A stretch of 62,932 bases of DNA, filler included, from Welwitschia mirabilis (GCA_051453625.1; 6 parts of one record of this genome joined end to end with filler, not necessarily neighbours in it); one strand, 5' to 3'. Positions 40,360 through 51,899 are shown, counted from the first letter of the whole stretch. The notes: generated by a model not told the origin, from the letters alone. Program-made: numbers and translations.

Positions 40360-41889
40360 CAAATCTTGGCAAGGATTTCTATGCAGGGAGAAAGGGTGTT
40401 GAGAGGAAGGGATGATGCATCAATGAGGGGAAACGACGCACGTTATAGAAGATGAATGCATGGAGAGTGGAAGAAATAAGCTTTGAAAGCTGTGGGTTTA
40501 AGGGAGATTAGAAGGAGCGCAAATCATCTCTCAACATTTGAGATGGAGCTGCATCCGATTGTTTTCATTCCTCTATGTTCAACAATTTTTATCATTCCTT
40601 AAGCTGTTCCTATGCCCATTTTCAATTTTGCAGGTTCTGTGATATATCGTCCATGATTCTTGTTTTTAGGACGGATGCCTCCACGGCCATTGAACATGGA
40701 AGCTTCTTCAAAGAAGGTAGTCTACAATGTCATGTTGGATTCAAAAGGAGTGGGAGATACTACATTGAAGATACAGAAATTGAGAAAAAATCTCTTAAAC
40801 TTGTAAAGTGGTTTGAAGAATTTGCCTGTGAAAGCTATGCTCAATCATTTTGCAATGGGACTGGGAAACATTGGCTTCATAATAAAGATTTTAGAACAGA
40901 GTTGGAAAAGCAACATCTGGAGTTACTTTTGAATATCAATGCCGCTGAGCTTGCTTTGATAGAAGAGAAGACAATGGAGCAAATTCACCGTGTATTTGAA
41001 AGGGAAATGCTGTTTAATGGATTAGAAAAATTTAAATGTCCAGATGTGTTGGCTGCAAGATATAAATCCTATGGATGCTGGCTAAGAGAGTGGATTCATG
41101 TCTATTACATAGGTTTTCTGATAGCTACTATAATTGTATTTGCACTTTCTAAATTTACTTTTGGTTGGTATCAGAAGAGAAGGTTTATCAAGAGAGCCGA
41201 GTAGTTGTATCAGTAGGTTTATGAGGTACTAGAGGAGAAGGCAACGATGAAAAGATTAAAGGGAGATAAAGGAGAACCTTGGGTGATATCTTTTTTGATA
41301 AGGGATTACCTTCTATTACCAACAGAAAGAGAGAACATGGCATTTTGGAAGCAGATAGAGTAATTCATATGGGAAGATACTCTCATTGATCAATATTCCA
41401 AATTGATAAGAGGTGAAACAAGGAATGTGCTCGAATGGCAAGTTGAAGAATCCTTTGCACCCAAGGAAGAGATTCAATAAGGCACATCATAGTATGCCAT
41501 CACTAAATAACAGAGATCAAGTGGAAGGGTTACAGTGTAAATCTAAAGTTGCCAACAGTGAATCATCATGAAACATCCCACATATTGATTTTGTAGGATA
41601 TGAATGGTATAAAAATTTATGAAAATAACTAATGCCCTATTTGAGGAGTGTAAAATTCCCATCATTACATGGTATTCTATATCAAATCCATTTGATCATA
41701 TATTTCTACTTGTAGGCAATTTTGTAAATTTATTGAATACTATTTATAAAGTTGAACAAATGAATAACGAAAGGCAAGTTTTATTTATGCTAAAACAACC
41801 AAAAAAAAATATAAATAAAGAAGAAAAGAAAGATGCATTGGCAAACCAATATATATATATTATAATAATAATAATAATATTTATATACA
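40360..41889 (-). repeat. 3' LTR of Tat element (truncated at contig end)
   Basis: Begins rc TGTATATAAA 1 bp after the PPT; colinear with 49723-51279; homology ends exactly at ...TTTATATACA in both copies. Confidence 0.85.
40692..41571 (+). pseudogene. MAN1: Processed, 5'-truncated copy of inner nuclear membrane protein MAN1 (Man1-Src1 C-terminal domain), copy 1
   Basis: EGSLQCHVGFKRSGRY.IED...CESYAQSFCNGTG..W...KCPDVLAARYK, hydrophobic TM segment, EPWVIS.LIRDYLLLPTER, LIRGETRNVLEWQVE; no introns; 3' UTR then A-rich tract ~41792-41832. Confidence 0.88.
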
Positions 41890-41890
41890 G

Positions 41891-41905
41891 TTTGTCCCCT
41901 TTTTT
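41891..41905 (-). promoter_or_regulatory. Polypurine tract of Tat element
   Basis: rc AAAAAAGGGGACAAA-C-TG. Confidence 0.8.
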
Positions 41906-43560
41906 ATGTGAAGCGAAAGAATTGGCTTTACATTAAAAATTTCACGAGATAAGTGATGGAACAAAATTAGGTATGACTTGAATAAGTGATAAAAATGCAA
42001 TTCGAAGAAAATCTAAACATGTGCATAGAATAGATAATGAGTACAAGATTGGTTAACAATGAAAGATTATGAGTGAGGCAATAAGGAAAATAACAGGAGA
42101 AATATGGATGCTTGACCAAATTAGAAACAAAGCAAACTGATTGTATGAGAGATGAGGGGTGGTGAAGTATAAGATAAATGAAGTAAAATTGATGATTAAG
42201 GAAGAGAATTCGACAAGGAAGTCTGGGTACTAATAGTGATGAATCGACTGAAGAGTGGAAACAGTTTTGAATAAATTTAGAGTAAATGTGAGAGATGACT
42301 CTGGGATAATCAACTGTAAATACTAGGAAAAAAGACTAGGTGGAAATGAACAAATAGAGACATGAAGAAGATTGGTTAAACATCTCTAAATGTTACTTTA
42401 GCAATGCCTACTAGTATAAATCATGCAATTATTCAATGTCGTTAACGACGATTCAATGCTAAATAACACAGAGCATCACGTGATTAGGATAGTAATTATG
42501 ACGATGTACATAGTTATTCTGTGGAGCATCGATGTAATGTCAGGACTATAAATCAATCTGATTGTTGGCTGTAACAGTAAATGAAATCTTGATAACTTAC
42601 CATTCAATGATCAATATATTCTGAACGTTCATGAACTCATCACTTCAGAGTCATGGAAAATCAGTCAATGGAATTTTTAGAAATCATCATCTACCATAAC
42701 GAGGGGAGTGCAACCACTGCCAAAGGCATAAGGATTCGCAAGCCGAAGTCAGATCATGACCAACTGATGCCCCGGTGGAGTTCCCATAGATACCATATCA
42801 CACTACCAAAGGCCCCTCTCAGGAATATTTGCCCCAGTGCGCTTGCAGTAGAACATCATGATTATTATTTTTTTCCTTTTTTTTGGTGAATGATATTGAT
42901 ATTTTACCAATTGACTTGAATTATTTTTTTTTTTGGAACATTAATTGATCATTGGAATGGTAAATCGTAAGATTCACTACTGAAAACAAGCATCAGTTTT
43001 AACACAAATCGATACTAGAACAGAAGAACATGAGGCATCGAATGTCATAGATGTGCGAATGTCTTAGGATTGGGTGAAATCCAATCTTATCACAGTAAAT
43101 ATCCCAAAGTAAGAAAACCACTTTTCTGAAACTTGAATGTGGTCTAACATAGGACCAAACGAAATTGACAATCAAATAAGGAAATGACTCTAACCAAGAA
43201 ACTCTGCTAAGGAGCCATTTAGGTAAAGATAACCCAATTGCTTCTACCATGCCAAGAGTATTATAATGATAATTAATGTAAACTCGGCCGTTGTCCATTA
43301 ACACTAAGCTTTTTCTTAGAATCTGAATTGAAAACTCAACGAAGTTATTCAAAATGCATTTCTTTGCAAGATAAGACTTTGACCATTTGACAATTAACTC
43401 ATTGTAAAGATGTACCCAAACATAATGCAACTAAATGATATAAATTAAGTAATAAAAATTTTATTGACAAGTTCAAAAAGGACTGGATACAAAATAGAAA
43501 CTGAAAACTACATGACAAATTATTGAAAGAAAGAGGATGAGTAGGTGAAACATGCTATCT

Positions 43561-43839
43561 TCAGGTGGAAGGATGGATATGTTGCATAACAAGGTAGCAT
43601 AAAATGATTTGTACAAAAGCACAAGTTATAGAAAAGGACAAATAGGTAGTGTCGTAGTGAGGGTCAACATGGTATATAACATCATCATCTTCATCGTTTT
43701 CGATGGGAGGAGCCTCATAAAATGGAATTTCAATCAAGGAATCTTGGTAAGGAATGGGATAATGTCTGCCAGGTGCAGGAGGTTCAGGAGGATCGTCAAC
43801 ATTTAGCCATGCCAGAAGTTGAAGTTTATGATGACTCAT
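43561..43839 (-). CDS. Small (92 aa) extra ORF downstream of Tat pol; Pro/acidic N-half, hydrophobic C-terminal segment; unknown function
   Basis: Open here; homologous copy at 44647-44924 has one TGA; preceded by pyrimidine tract and CAG. Confidence 0.35.
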   Translation of the reverse strand: MSHHKLQLLAWLNVDDPPEPPAPGRHYPIPYQDSLIEIPFYEAPPIENDEDDDVIYHVDPHYDTTYLSFSITCAFVQIILCYLVMQHIHPST

Positions 43840-45638
43840 GATCTGTAAAACTCAGAGAAAGAAAAATAAACATGAAATCTATATGACACTTAAGAAAATA
43901 TTATCCTAAGTAACCAGTATCTATATAAGTGAATTGCATTTTAGCATGACTAAGATGGTAACAATAAATGCATGAAATAAATAGTTCAAATACCACAGAA
44001 AGATGTAAATTATGAAATTTATTGATAATATGGTCAGAGGTAAAATGAGTTTATTGGTTCTTTGTCTTCAATGCCATTCAGACTTTTGAGCTTGTATGTT
44101 CCTTTATTGAATTTTTGTGATATAACAAATGGTCCTAACAGGTTTGGTTAAAATTTTGAGGTTTTCTAAGTTAAGTTTACCTTTAAGATGAGTTCTTCTA
44201 CATTATATGATCATGGATTGATATAATTATTATATGCTTCACTCACTCATTTTTGGTAGAGTTGCGTATGTTGCAATGATTTTATTCTTTCCTCGTCTAG
44301 AGTTCTAATTGAGCGAGTCGTGCTTCTCTTTCAATGTTGGACAATTCAAGATCTTTAACCAAGGTTCTTAGTCTGGGAATTTGGATTTGAGTTGGCAAAA
44401 TCACCTCGGTACCATAAATTAACTAGAATGGAGTTGTTCCCATAGCACTTTTTACTGACATACAGTAAGCCCATAATGCAAGGGGTAATTTTTCATGTCA
44501 TGATTTGTGATTTTTCTATAATAATTTCTTGAGATAGTTTATGATTNNNNNNNNNNNNNNNNNNNNNNNNNNNNNNNNNNNNNNNNNNNNNNNNNNNNNN
44601 NNNNNNNNNNNNNNNNNNNNNNNNNNNNNNNNNNNNNNNNNNNNNNCAGGTGGAGGGATGGATATGTTGCATAAGAAGGTAGCATAAGATGATTTGTGCA
44701 AAAGCATGAGCTATAGAAAAGGACGAATAGGTGGTGTTATAGCGAGGGTCAACATGATATATAACATCATCATCTTCGTCATCTTCGATAGGAGAAGCCT
44801 CGTGAAGTGGAATGTTAATCAAGGAAGTTTCGTAGGGAATGAAATAACATTTGCCAGGTGTGGGTGGTTTAAGAGGATCATCAACACTTAGTCATGCCAG
44901 ACATTGAAGTATATGGTGACTCATGATCTGTAAAACTCAAACAAAGAGATAAAACGTGAAATCTATATGACACATAAGAAAATGCTATTCTAAGTAACCA
45001 ATAGCTATATAAATGCATCACATTTTCGCATGACTAAGATGGTAACAATAAATGCATGAAACAAACAGTTACCATAGAAAATGCCACAGAAAGATATGGA
45101 TTGTGAAATTTACTGATAATATGGTTGAAGGTAAAATGAGTTTATTGGTTCTTTGTCTTTAAGGTCATCCAGACTTTTGAGTTTGTATGTTTTTTTATCG
45201 AATTTTTGTGATATAACAAATGGTTCTAACTAGTTTGGTGAAAATTTTGAGGTGTTCTTAGTTAAGTTTGCCTTTAAGATGAGTCCGCCTACATTGTATG
45301 ATCATGGATTGATATGCTTATTATATGCTTCACTCACTTATTTTTGATAGAGTTGTGTATGTTGCAGTGCTTTTATTCTTTCCTCATCTAGAGTTTCTAA
45401 CTGAGCGAGTCATGTTTCTCTTTCAATGTTAGATAATTCAAGGTCTTTGACCAAGGTTCTTAGTGTAGGAATTTGGATTTGAGTCGGCAAAATTGCCTTA
45501 GTACCATAAACTAACTAGAATGGAGTTCTTCTTGTAGCACTTTTTACCGAGGTACAGTAAGCTCATAATGCAAGAGGTAATTTTTTATGCCATGATTTGG
45601 GATTTTTCTGTAACAATTTCTTGAGATAATTTATGATC
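43562..45638. repeat. ~1 kb diverged direct duplication (43562-44526 and 44647-45638) of integrase C-terminus plus extra ORF, across an N gap
   Basis: Colinear sequence with scattered substitutions and small indels. Confidence 0.9.
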
Positions 45639-47591
45639 ACTTTATTTGTTGCCTCGGCTTAACCATTCACTTGTGGATAACGCGGGGTCGAGAAGGAATG
45701 TTTTATTCCCAATTTAGTCAAGAAGTTCTTTAACTCGACAGATTTGAATTATGGGTCATTATTGCTAACTATGATATAAGGAGTACCGAATCTAGTGATG
45801 ATGTAATCCATGATAAATTTTTGGATTTGTTTTGTAGTTGTTTGATGCAAAGATACTGCTTCTACTGACTTCGAAAAATATTCTGAGAATATAAGCATGT
45901 CGTTCAGACAAGGTCGGTGTAGTTGGACCAATTAGATCCATACCCCATTTTCTACACATCCAAATAGGATTAGATGGAAAAAGTTCAGTAGGCAGTTGAT
46001 GTATTCTAGATGAAAAGATTTGGCAAGTGTAATATGTTTTTACCATCCTAAAACAATCGTGACTCATGGTTTTCCAGAAGTAACTTGATNNNNNNNNNNN
46101 NNNNNNNNNNNNNNNNNNNNNNNNNNNNNNNNNNNNNNNNNNNNNNNNNNNNNNNNNNNNNNNNNNNNNNNNNNNNNNNNNNNNNNNNNNNNNNNNNNNN
46201 NNNNNNNNNNNNNNNNNNNNNNNNNNNNNNNNNNNNNNNNNNNNNNNNNNNNNNNNNNNNNNNNNNNNNNNNNNNNNNNNNNNNNNNNNNNNNNNNNNNN
46301 NNNNNNNNNNNNNNNNNNNNNNNNNNNNNNNNNNNNNNNNNNNNNNNNNNNNNNNNNNNNNNNNNNNNNNNNNNNNNNNNNNNNNNNNNNNNNNNNNNNN
46401 NNNNNNNNNNNNNNNNNNNNNNNNNNNNNNNNNNNNNNNNNNNNNNNNNNNNNNNNNNNNNNNNNNNNNNNNNNNNNNNNNNNNNNNNNNNNNNNNNNNN
46501 NNNNNNNNNNNNNNNNNNNNNNNNNNNNNNNNNNNNNNNNNNNNNNNNNNNNNNNNNNNNNNNNNNNNNNNNNNNNNNNNNNNNNNNNNNNNNNNNNNNN
46601 NNNNNNNNNNNNNNNNNNNNNNNNNNNNNNNNNNNNNNNNNNNNNNNNNNNNNNNNNNNNNNNNNNNNNNNNNNNNNNNNNNNNNNNNNNNNNNNNNNNN
46701 NNNNNNNNNNNNNNNNNNNNNNNNNNNNNNNNNNNNNNNNNNNNNNNNNNNNNNNNNNNNNNNNNNNNNNNNNNNNNNNNNNNNNNNNNNNNNNNNNNNN
46801 NNNNNNNNNNNNNNNNNNNNNNNNNNNNNNNNNNNNNNNNNNNNNNNNNNNNNNNNNNNNNNNNNNNNNNNNNNNNNNNNNNNNNNNNNNNNNNNNNNNN
46901 NNNNNNNNNNNNNNNNNNNNNNNNNNNNNNNNNNNNNNNNNNNNNNNNNNNNNNNNNNNNNNNNNNNNNNNNNNNNNNNNNNNNNNNNNNNNNNNNNNNN
47001 NNNNNNNNNNNAAATTCCAAGTTGAACTCAGCGAGAATCAATGCCCACTTTGTTAGACGAGTACTTCCAATAGAATATTTAAGTAAACGTTTGAGCAAGT
47101 TCTGGTTATTGATTACAATGGTCTTATTTGTTATCATGTAGTGTCGAAATTTCTGTGAAGTGAAGACTAAGCTCAGACATGCTTTCTCTACTTCGATGTA
47201 ATTTTTCTCATATTGATGAAGTATTCTACTAATATAGTAAATGGGGTGATCTCGGTGTAACTCGTCTCGTTGAAAAATCATTGCACTAAGTGATGATGGT
47301 GTGTATGCAAGGTAAAGATAAAAGGGTTGACCAGGTTTTAGTGGACTTAAGACAGGGGTGGATGTCAAGTATTCTTTAATCTTATCAAAAGCCTTTTGGC
47401 AATTTTTGTACCACTTAAATTGGTTGTCCTTCTTGAGCAAATGCATGAAAGGTTTACATCTATCTGTCAAAGTTGAAATGAATTGACGTATGGCTTGCAG
47501 CCTACCTTGGAGGCTACATAATTGTTTCAAGTTGTGGGGTGATGGCATGTCTGTTATTGCTTTGATTTTTTTTGGATCAATCTCGATTCCT
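45115..47591 (-). pseudogene. Tat-type pol: RT C-terminus, RNase H, integrase (gap inside)
   Basis: LKQLCSLQGRLQAIRQFISTLTDRCKPFMHLLKK...AFDKIKEYLTSTPVL, PIYYISRIL, RLTKWALILAEFNL; WGMDLIGP, ITRFGTPYIIVSNN, PRYPQVNG. Confidence 0.92.
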
Positions 47592-47691
47592 NNNNNNNNN
47601 NNNNNNNNNNNNNNNNNNNNNNNNNNNNNNNNNNNTTAATTAATTAANNNNNNNNNNNNNNNNNNNNNNNNNNNNNNNNNNNNNNNNNNNN

Positions 47692-47963
47692 CATTCATTT
47701 ACGAATTCTTGGTTTTCATCGTATTCTTGTGAGAAGGGGTCTTCAGGGAGAATCTTATTCTCATCACCTAAAATTATTAGTTTCTTAATTGTCAAAGAAC
47801 GAATTCTCTGGGTAGGATGGATGAGATAACCCTCCCAATAACTTCTATAGTCGTTCATGACACGAAGTTTGTCAGGAGTGAGAGTCGAAGGGTGTTTTTG
47901 GACAAGTATCTTGTACTCATCTTCAAAGATGCACACTTGTTTCCCGCAGGTGGACATCGACAT
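47692..47963 (-). pseudogene. Start of first ORF (putative gag) of Tat element
   Basis: Open frame MSMSTCGKQVC... ~100 bp downstream of the PBS, running into the spacer; identity inferred from position only. Confidence 0.45.
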
Positions 47964-48063
47964 TATGGCTGTTATGTGTAACAAGATGGTAGGCGAGTTT
48001 AAATGAAAACAAGTGCGATTTGAATAAAACAATAATGAAACAATAAAGGCCTACATGAGGGCG

Positions 48064-48080
48064 CCCTCCTTCTAGCACCA
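48064..48080 (-). promoter_or_regulatory. Primer-binding site, likely tRNA-Asn
   Basis: Plus strand CCCTCCTTCTAGCACCA, one mismatch to the recalled plant tRNA-Asn 3' end CCCTCCTTCTAGCGCCA; 4 bp from the LTR end. Confidence 0.75.
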
Positions 48081-48084
48081 AATT

Positions 48085-51000
48085 TGTTACGACAAATTTC
48101 TTCGCAATGATTAAATTATTTTTTTTCGATTTATAAAGGAAAAATCTTTAAAATTTCTATACAATGGTTGCACATAAAATGGAGTCATAACCATAGTTAA
48201 TCCAAGAAACTATAGAATAATAAAACACAAAAAAAAAAAAAAAACATAGAAAGATGTAGAAAATTAAGAAAATCAATTTGAAATTCAGTCTCACTAAGAT
48301 TCTAAAAAATTATTTGAATATTTGACTTAAAAATACCATACACCTAATTTTAAAAGTTTAAACTCAAATATTATATATAGAAATAAATTTCATAACGGAA
48401 AACATTATGGATTCAACCATTACCCTAAAATTTATAATTACAAAGAAGATGAGAAGTATGTAAAAATTGGAGATTGTAGAATATGGATTTATAGGTGATC
48501 ANNNNNNNNNNNNNNNNNNNNNNNNNNNNNNNNNNNNNNNNNNNNNNNNNNNNNNNNNNNNNNNNNNNNNNNNNNNNNNNNNNNNNNNNNNNNNNNNNNN
48601 NCTAAAATTTATAATTACAAAGAAGATGAGAAGTATGTAAAAATTGGAGATTGTAGAATATGGATTTATAGGTGATCATAGATAAAATATTTTCTTCGGA
48701 TTCTTTAGAGAAATGTCAAATCTAAACGTGAACGAGAGGTTTTAAGATAGAATATGTTTGAAATTCAACCTTATTAGAATTGTAATGGTCATGTATAATA
48801 GTGCAAGAGTGTTAATCAAATTAAAAAAAAATAAGTGCAAGATTTACATAATAAGGAAACTTGAAATTAAATATTCCATGTCGTTTCTAGTAGGCTGGCA
48901 CTGGCTAACGTCTCTGATCAGTTTCCTTGCCATTGCTCAGTTTTGGGGCTCCGATGTGTTGTCGTTCGCCTCTTGTCACTACTATTTTTGGCCTCTTTTT
49001 CTACTATTTACATCCTTTTGTATGCTCCGTTGTTTACTGTCCTCCATGATCTAGTGTCGCTTGCTTCTATTATTTTGGTCTCTCTCTGATCCTTCCTGTG
49101 ATGCCTTGTGTGTCCTTCTCCGGTGTTCCTATGTATATTTCGCTGCATTCCTGGGCCGTTCTTAGTGTTTCTGTCAATCTGTTCCACTGCCGTGATGTGC
49201 TGTTATGTGAATGCCCCTCTGTGTTGCTGTATCGTTTTTTTTCTTTGTTTCTTTTTTCTCTTTGATTTGGTGTTTCTACCATTTCTCTCCATCTCAGTGT
49301 GTTTTGATCCTTGCTTCCTGTGATGAATGCGTCTCGATGCCTCCTGGCGTTACTGAATGTTCTCCCCTCTACCTGATGCCACTCTAGCATTTTTGCTGTT
49401 CTAGTCTTGGTGTTCTCTAATGCATCGTCCCTGCAATGTTTGCGTCTCTCCGATCTTATATTCATGTCATTCTAATGCCATTGTTCTAAGTGCCTCTCTA
49501 TCCCCTGCGTTCTCTTATTTCCAGTCTCTTCACGTTTTTTTTGTTTTTAATTCTGCTGTTCGCTCTATCTTATGCGGGCGTCCCTATTCCATGCCCATTT
49601 TTGGTGTTTCTGGATTCCTCCTTTTGATGATTCTCCTTTTTTTTTTTTTGTCCACCTGCATTCGTTACACTTTTAATGCCTACGATCTTGTTTTCTTGGA
49701 GATTGGCTCCCCTTCTTCTACCCAAATCTTGGCAAGGATTTCTATGCAGGGAGAAAGGGTGTTGAGAGGAAGGGATGATGCATCAATGAGGGGAAACGAT
49801 GCGCATTGTAGGAAGATGAACGCGTGGAGAGTGGAAGAAATGAGCTTTGAAAGCTGTGGGTTTCAGGGAGATTAGAAGGAGTGCAAATCATCTCTTAACA
49901 TTTGAGATGGAGCTGCATTAGATTGTTTTCATTCCTTTGTGTTCAATAATTTTTATCATTCCTTAAGCTGTTCCTGTGTCCATTTTCAATTTTGCAGGCT
50001 TCGTGATATATCGCCCGTGATTCGTATTTTTAGGACGGATGCCTCCACAGTCGTTGAACATGGAAGCTTCTTTAAAGAAGGCAGTCTACAATGTCATGTT
50101 GGATTCAAAAGGAGTGGGAGATACTGCACTGAAGATACAGAAATGGAGAAAAAATTTCTTAAACTTGCAAAGTGGTTTGAAGAATTTACCTGTGGAAGCT
50201 ATGCTCAGTCATTTTGCAATGGGGCTGGGAAACATTGGTTTCATGATAAAGATTTTAGAACAGAGTTGGAAAAGCAACATCTGGAGTTACTTTTAAATAT
50301 CAATGCCGCTGAGCTTGCTTTGGTAGAAGAGAAGGCAATGGAGTAAATTCACCATGTATTTGAAAGAGAAATGCTATTTAATGGATTAGAAAAATTTAAA
50401 TGTCCAGATGTGTTGGCTGCAAGATATAAATCCTGTGGATGCTGGCTGAGAGAGTGGATTCGTGTCTATTACATAGGTTTTCTAATAGCTACTATAATAG
50501 TATTTGCACTTTCTAAATTTACTTTTGATTGGTATCATAAGAGAAGGTTTATCAAGAGAGCTGAGCAGTTGTATCAGCAGGTTTATGAGGTACTGGAGGA
50601 GAAGGCACAAATGGAAAGATTAAAGGGAGATAAAGGAGAACCTTGGGTGATATCTTCTTTGATAAGGGATTACCTTCTATTACCAACAGAAAGAGAGAAC
50701 ATGACATTTTGGAATCAGATAGAGCAATTCATACAGGAAGATACTCACATTGATCAATATCCCAAATTGATAAGAGGTGAAACAAGGAATGTGCTCGAAT
50801 GGTAAGTTGAAGAATCCTTGCACCCAAGGAAGAGATTCAATAAGGCACATCATAGTATGCCATCACTAAATAACAGAGATCAAGTGGAAGGGTTAGCATA
50901 AATCGAAAGTTGCCAATAGTGGATCATCATGAAACATCCCACATATTGATTTTGTAGGATATAAATGGTGTAAAAATTTATGAAAATAACTAATGCCCTA

Positions 51001-51221
51001 TTTGAGGAGTGTAAAATTCCCATCATTACATGGCATTCTATATCAAATCCATTTGATCATATATTTCTAGTTGTAGGCAATTTTGTAAATTTATTGAATA
51101 CTATTTGTGAAGTTAAACAAATGCATAATTAAAGGTAAGTTTTATTTATGCTAAACCAAAAAAATAAATAAATAAATAAATAAAGAAGAAAAGAAGAAAA
51201 GAAAGATGCATTGGCAAACCA

Positions 51222-51260
<39 letters not shown>

Positions 51261-51279
51261 TTTATAATATTTATATACA
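48085..51279 (-). repeat. 5' LTR of Tat element (~3.0-3.2 kb)
   Basis: rc TGTATATA...GTCGTAACA; PBS on the inner side; 49723-51279 matches the 3' LTR. Confidence 0.82.
50056..50932 (+). pseudogene. MAN1: Processed MAN1 copy 2
   Basis: ORFs 49939-50346 and 50371-50805 are in the same frame, separated by one TAA; RAEQLYQQVYEVLEEKA...EPWVISSLIRDYLLLP...IQEDTHIDQYPKLIRGE. Confidence 0.88.
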
Positions 51280-51899
51280 CTAACTAAACTAAATAAATAA
51301 AATATTTATTAGCTAGATATTAGTGATGCAAATCCATGTAGAAAAAGGAAAAAAATCAATGTACAAAAAGTGTTTATAATGAACCTTAGGATTGTCATGA
51401 AGGAGTACTAGCCTATAAGAGATATTAAGGATAAGACTGCTCCCTTTCTATATATAAATCCAAATATATATGGGTATCCAAAGTTTTATAGTGAATCCCT
51501 TTATCAATTATCCATAATCATCTATTAGTAACCTCAATTACTAAGCATAAAAAACCCTTAATTTCTTCCTACTGTCTTGGTGAGAGCTAAGGGGAGGAAT
51601 AATTTTTATAATATAATGTCATAATAAAAATAAACAATAGACTAATGCAATATTTTAATACTCTGGTAGAATCTTAAGAGTGATCATCATATGGATAATT
51701 TAAATAAACTAGATTACTTGGATATATTAGTTATTCCTTAGTAGATAAAGATTGATGAAGTTCTAAGCTCAAGAATCCCTAGATCTAAGCTTCTAAGTTC
51801 TTACCACTTAGTTTTTAAGTTCTAAGATTTAAAGACCCAATATTCCAAGTTTCAAGCTCTATAAGCATGAGAATGAAAAGGAAGAGAGATGAAAGAAAG

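Larger units (their letters stand above)
40360..51279 (-). mobile_element. Tat/Ogre-type Ty3/gypsy element whose LTRs contain a MAN1 retrocopy
   Basis: Minus-strand order: LTR 51279-48085 (TG...CA), PBS 48080-48064, gag start, RT/RH, INT, 3' region, PPT 41905-41891, LTR 41889-40360 (cut by contig end). Confidence 0.85.

Noticed and set aside
46064-47548. Long ORFs (494, 323, 253, 211, 200 aa) in the track
   Set aside because: Length comes from N runs translated as X.
48424-48678. ~77-bp direct repeat flanking an N gap
   Set aside because: Near-identical sequence on both sides of a 100-N gap indicates an unmerged contig overlap.
48758-49875. Overlapping ORFs in the C/T-rich tract (similar sets at 27037-27548 and 62362-62731)
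   Set aside because: Compositional skew lowers stop-codon frequency; no recognisable domain.
40575-50805. Functional tandem MAN1 gene pair
   Set aside because: No introns, no N-terminus, in-frame stops, and both lie inside LTR-bounded repeats.
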